NCBI RefSeq assembly: GCF_001194135.2
Contig: NC_068981.1
Coordinates: 109,942,147-110,006,146, forward strand
Length of the DNA stretch: 64,000 nucleotides
Source of the DNA: Octopus bimaculoides
Lineage: Eukaryota
Reading direction: 5' to 3'
A program made the translations under genes and the position numbers. This document shows, piece after piece, positions 63,130 through 64,000 of the stretch. The stretch's first letter is position 1. Each line of letters starts with the position of its first letter. The notes beneath the pieces were generated by a model. The model did not search any database, was not told the DNA's origin, and saw only the letters and a program-made list of their open reading frames with translations.

Positions 63130-63645
63130 TTTAAAATTTGTGGCATTGTGCAAAATTGTTCAGTTTGATGGTGGTGTTCTACTTGACTAAACTGAAGGTT
63201 TAGGTATGATACAAGCTCCATCACTGTAACCACCAAAGCTAATTTTTGGAAATTCTTATAAATAGCCATGAGTAGCATTCTAGCAGCCAGTGAAACAACA
63301 AAAACAATAATAATAAACAATCCCTTAAAAATTGAAATTGTGAAAATTTGGTGTATGGAAACTGTGAATGTTGTGCCTGTAATAATTGGTGCATTAGGAA
63401 CTATAACTAAAGATATAGACAAATGGTAGAAAGAAATTGGAATAGTATGTACTGCAGGGCTCCTACAGAAAGTTTGCTTCCTAGGTATAAGAAAAATTAT
63501 TAGGACGGTTTTAAGCACTTGAAAGGCTAATGAAAGCTTGTGAATATCTAAGGTCACAGGAACTAACCCATTACCAAAATAAATTCTACCAGGAATAAGA
63601 ACAAACCTGCATCAAATAAATAAACAAATAATAATAATAATAATG
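63130..63645 (+). mobile_element. R4/Dong-like RLE non-LTR retrotransposon 3' end with (AAT)n tail
   Basis: LKIEIVKIWCMETVNVVPVIIGALGTITKDIDKW*KEIGI...LLQKVCFLGIRKIIRTVLST* is the typical R4/Dong C-terminus. Confidence 0.85.
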
Positions 63646-63812
63646 AGACAGAGAAAAAAGATGGCTATGGATGACTCATAGTGTTAATTAAGAAAGCAAA
63701 TGATGCTGGATCATACATATAGCATGCCCAGCTGACAACAAGGTATACGATAAGCAAGAAAGAAAAATTGATAGACATGACAGGCTGGCTTGGGAGGTTA
63801 AGCAATTGTGGT

Positions 63813-64000
63813 CATCATCATCATCGTTTAACGTCCGCTTTCCATGCTAGCATGGGTTGGACGATTTGACTGAGGACTGGTGAAACCGGATGGCAACACC
63901 AGGCTCCAGTCTGATTTGGCAGAGTTTCTACAGCTGGATGCCCTTCCTAACGCCAACCACTCAGAGAGTGTAGTGGGTGCTTTTACGTGTCACCCGCACG
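63813..64000 (-). mobile_element. Young RTE-3'-related element, cut by the window end
   Basis: (cat)n-cgtttaacgtccgctttccatgctagcatgggttggacg...ggatgcccttcctaacgccaacc, with CpGs intact. Confidence 0.88.

Overview
This is AT-rich, microsatellite-rich animal genomic DNA from a gapped scaffold assembly, with five N-gaps at 8513-9038, 27894-28243, 33328-33743, 48632-48641 and 53750-54476. The repeat families resemble those I recall from coleoid cephalopods, most likely Octopus; this is an inference, not a database result. No supplied ORF is an intact gene. They are transposon remnants, antisense noise or N-gap artefacts. The window is mostly decayed mobile DNA. Retroelements include RTE-clade LINEs with a ~66-bp VNTR 3' UTR and (GAT)n tails, I-group/RNase H LINE 3' ends, RLE-type LINE ends (R4/Dong-like and Hero-like), tRNA-derived SINEs often in head-to-tail arrays, and Penelope-like elements (one Naiad-type copy with inverted pLTRs). 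DNA elements include two mariners, Helitron pieces and several MITEs. A few tiny minus-strand exon candidates (58, 27, 31 and 12 nt) suggest the window lies inside a large-intron host gene that I cannot name. The most notable signals are a hammerhead-ribozyme-like motif with an enlarged stem II (8065-8197), a 557-bp foldback (56282-56838), several long inverted repeats that could form intronic dsRNA, and an unidentified decayed coding-like block (38200-40400). I found no support for a wholly new multi-gene system.
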